Origin: Piedraia hortae CBS 480.64
Lineage: Eukaryota
Assembly (NCBI GenBank): GCA_010093745.1
Contig: MU005975.1
Coordinates: forward strand, 1 to 64,000
DNA: 64,000 bases
Direction: 5' to 3'
The notes beneath the pieces are model-generated. The model made no database searches and was not told where the DNA came from. It saw only the letters and a program-made list of their open reading frames with translations. A program made the translations under genes and the position numbers. Below, one piece after another: positions 62,269 to 64,000 of this stretch. Within the stretch, counting starts at the first letter, position 1. Each line of letters starts with the position of its first letter.

Positions 62269-63804
62269 CAATTTGGTACGGAAATGAATGCAAGCAAGGC
62301 GACGAATTATGGAAAAAAGTGCAAGTTCTGCCGGGCCACTCATACAGCAACCTACGCTCTGATGTGTGATTGAGAAGGGATATGACCTTGACGGAGTTGT
62401 GAAATGTAGTACTTGAAGATCGTAAGGCTCTGTCTTGAAGGCTGCTCGATGCTCCATTCTTGGTCTTGCTGGGCAAGGATGTATTTACGATCCCATATAA
62501 TCAACATTGAGCTCTTGATACCCATCTTCTGTAGGTTTCGTGCTTTCTTGACGTCCGCAATCGCTGGTAACCTTTTGAACCATCTTTTGCAATTCTTGAC
62601 AAGTCATTCCACTTATTCTTCAGCCGCAAGAAACCATCGTCATCTTGGTCTCAAGTGAAACACTCTTATTTGTTTTATGGGCTTCAATTCATTCTTTTCC
62701 AAAGCTCTCCAAACTTTTTCGCTTGTGACATCAATATCTGTGCTCTGGCACGGTCACGGGCTAAATTTTGCTCCCCGGTGTGCACCTTGGTCGTCTGGTC
62801 TTTATGACCAGCTTTACTGGGTAGTCCGCTTAAATATTCACAACACTGGCCCTCCCATGGTCATTCAGCAATCCTTGGTCCTCCTTTTCTTATCCATCAT
62901 AAGATAAAACAAAGGCGCCTCAAATTGGTGGTAGAGTGATGACGTTACCCTCTCAGCTCATCCGATAAGGTCTTTCATCAACACTTCCATCCACTCAGTA
63001 TTCTTATTTGCCAGTGCGGAGGACCAATTTAACAATCTGAGGTTCTTAATCATAGTCTGTATCTGTGCGAGACCCAGCGGTATCTGCAGGCGTTCTAGCA
63101 ACGGTCACATGGGTCCGGGTGGACTCTTCGGGTTCATCCGATGCCGCCGTTGATGGTTGGGTGGCTTCGAGGGTCTGGGTGGATCATATAAGTGCATCAG
63201 ATGTATCCGTTGGTTCTCGAGTAGAATGATGCGCCATCTGAGATGTGGCCCACTCGCAACTGGTTATTTGGGGTGAAAGTGGGCGAGGTGACTTCGAGTG
63301 GAACTTGGACACGTCATGGAGCCGACATGAAATCGCGCTTCCACAAAGTGAGAATGCTCCTCGACTTCCAGAATTTGGATCTCCTGAAAGGGTAAGTTCG
63401 AAACGGAAACGAAACTGAGATTCATATGGATATTCGCTGCTAATTCATTCCGTTACCAGAGGGGGATCTGTTTGTCACACAGCGTTACACGTAATACATA
63501 CAATTGATTGCGTTAATTACAACATCTTCAACCCTAAATTTGTCAAATGTTAAATTGCACGGCACTTAAACACCATACGTCTAGTTGCCCCTCAGAAGGC
63601 CACAGATTTCCCGCCCGAGGTTCTGCCGGGACGTTAAAATAGTAAACTAGCCACTTAACCACCAGTTACTCGCAAAAGTTTGCGTCCTTAGCGTGACACC
63701 GCGTAAAGACTTAAGATCTCCTTAAAACTTTTGTTCTTTTCATCCGCCATCTCTCGTCTTCCATTCCCTTTTCCGCTCACTACCGGCTTCGCCACGAACG
63801 CCCA

Positions 63805-64000
63805 ATGTCTTCTTACGTGAACTCAGTTCCCGGCGGCGGAGATGAGCACGCCTCTCCCAATGCCAGAGAATTAACTCCATTCACTAAGCTGCCAATCGAA
63901 GAGTCTCACCGCGCTCGCATCCTCGGCGTCAAAGTTGCCAAAGCCCTCGGCTCGGTCGCCTGGGTACCCCCAACGGCGCGTCTTAAAGGCGACAGCCTGC
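63805..64000 (+). CDS. Possible 5' end of a gene running off the window
   Basis: ATG at 63805 follows a CT-rich leader, and the frame (MSSYVNSVPGGGDEH...) stays open to the window end. Confidence 0.3.
   Translation, partial: MSSYVNSVPGGGDEHASPNARELTPFTKLPIEESHRARILGVKVAKALGSVAWVPPTARLKGDSL

Noticed and set aside
1..64000. Starship captain (tyrosine recombinase), tRNA, 5S/rRNA genes
   Set aside because: No supporting motifs or cloverleaf structures were seen by eye. A tRNAscan-SE/Infernal run would be needed to exclude small RNAs.

Overview
Eukaryotic fungal (Pezizomycotina-type ascomycete) genomic DNA with short GT-AG introns (about 44-74 nt, most with CTRAC-like branch sites). Tightly packed housekeeping islands alternate with stretches of decayed transposons and orphan ORFs. 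The islands are GGT/CFEM/MPC1 at 6.8-10.9 kb, RPL11/SmB/SOD-fold mitoribosomal protein at 21.8-24.6 kb, a JmjC gene, a BTB gene, and a SWIB-DEK protein/eIF3b/SET1 block at 44.3-51.2 kb. Recognisable relics are a Tc1 element with ~210-bp TIRs and TA target duplication, a hAT transposase, a pogo/CENP-B-type HTH, a CMC (CACTA/Mirage/Chapaev)-type transposase, a Ty3/gypsy RNase H fragment, at least two solo-LTR families and LINE 3' ends. The leads most worth checking are a possible decayed RNAi RNA-dependent RNA polymerase gene split by the Tc1 element, the CMC-type transposase of a family I associate mainly with basidiomycetes, and a divergent pair of orphan proteins with FFAT-like and LxxIxE-like short linear motifs. 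I found no tRNA, rRNA or CRISPR array, and no clearly new multi-gene system can be established from the sequence alone. All family assignments come from motif recognition by eye, not from database searches.
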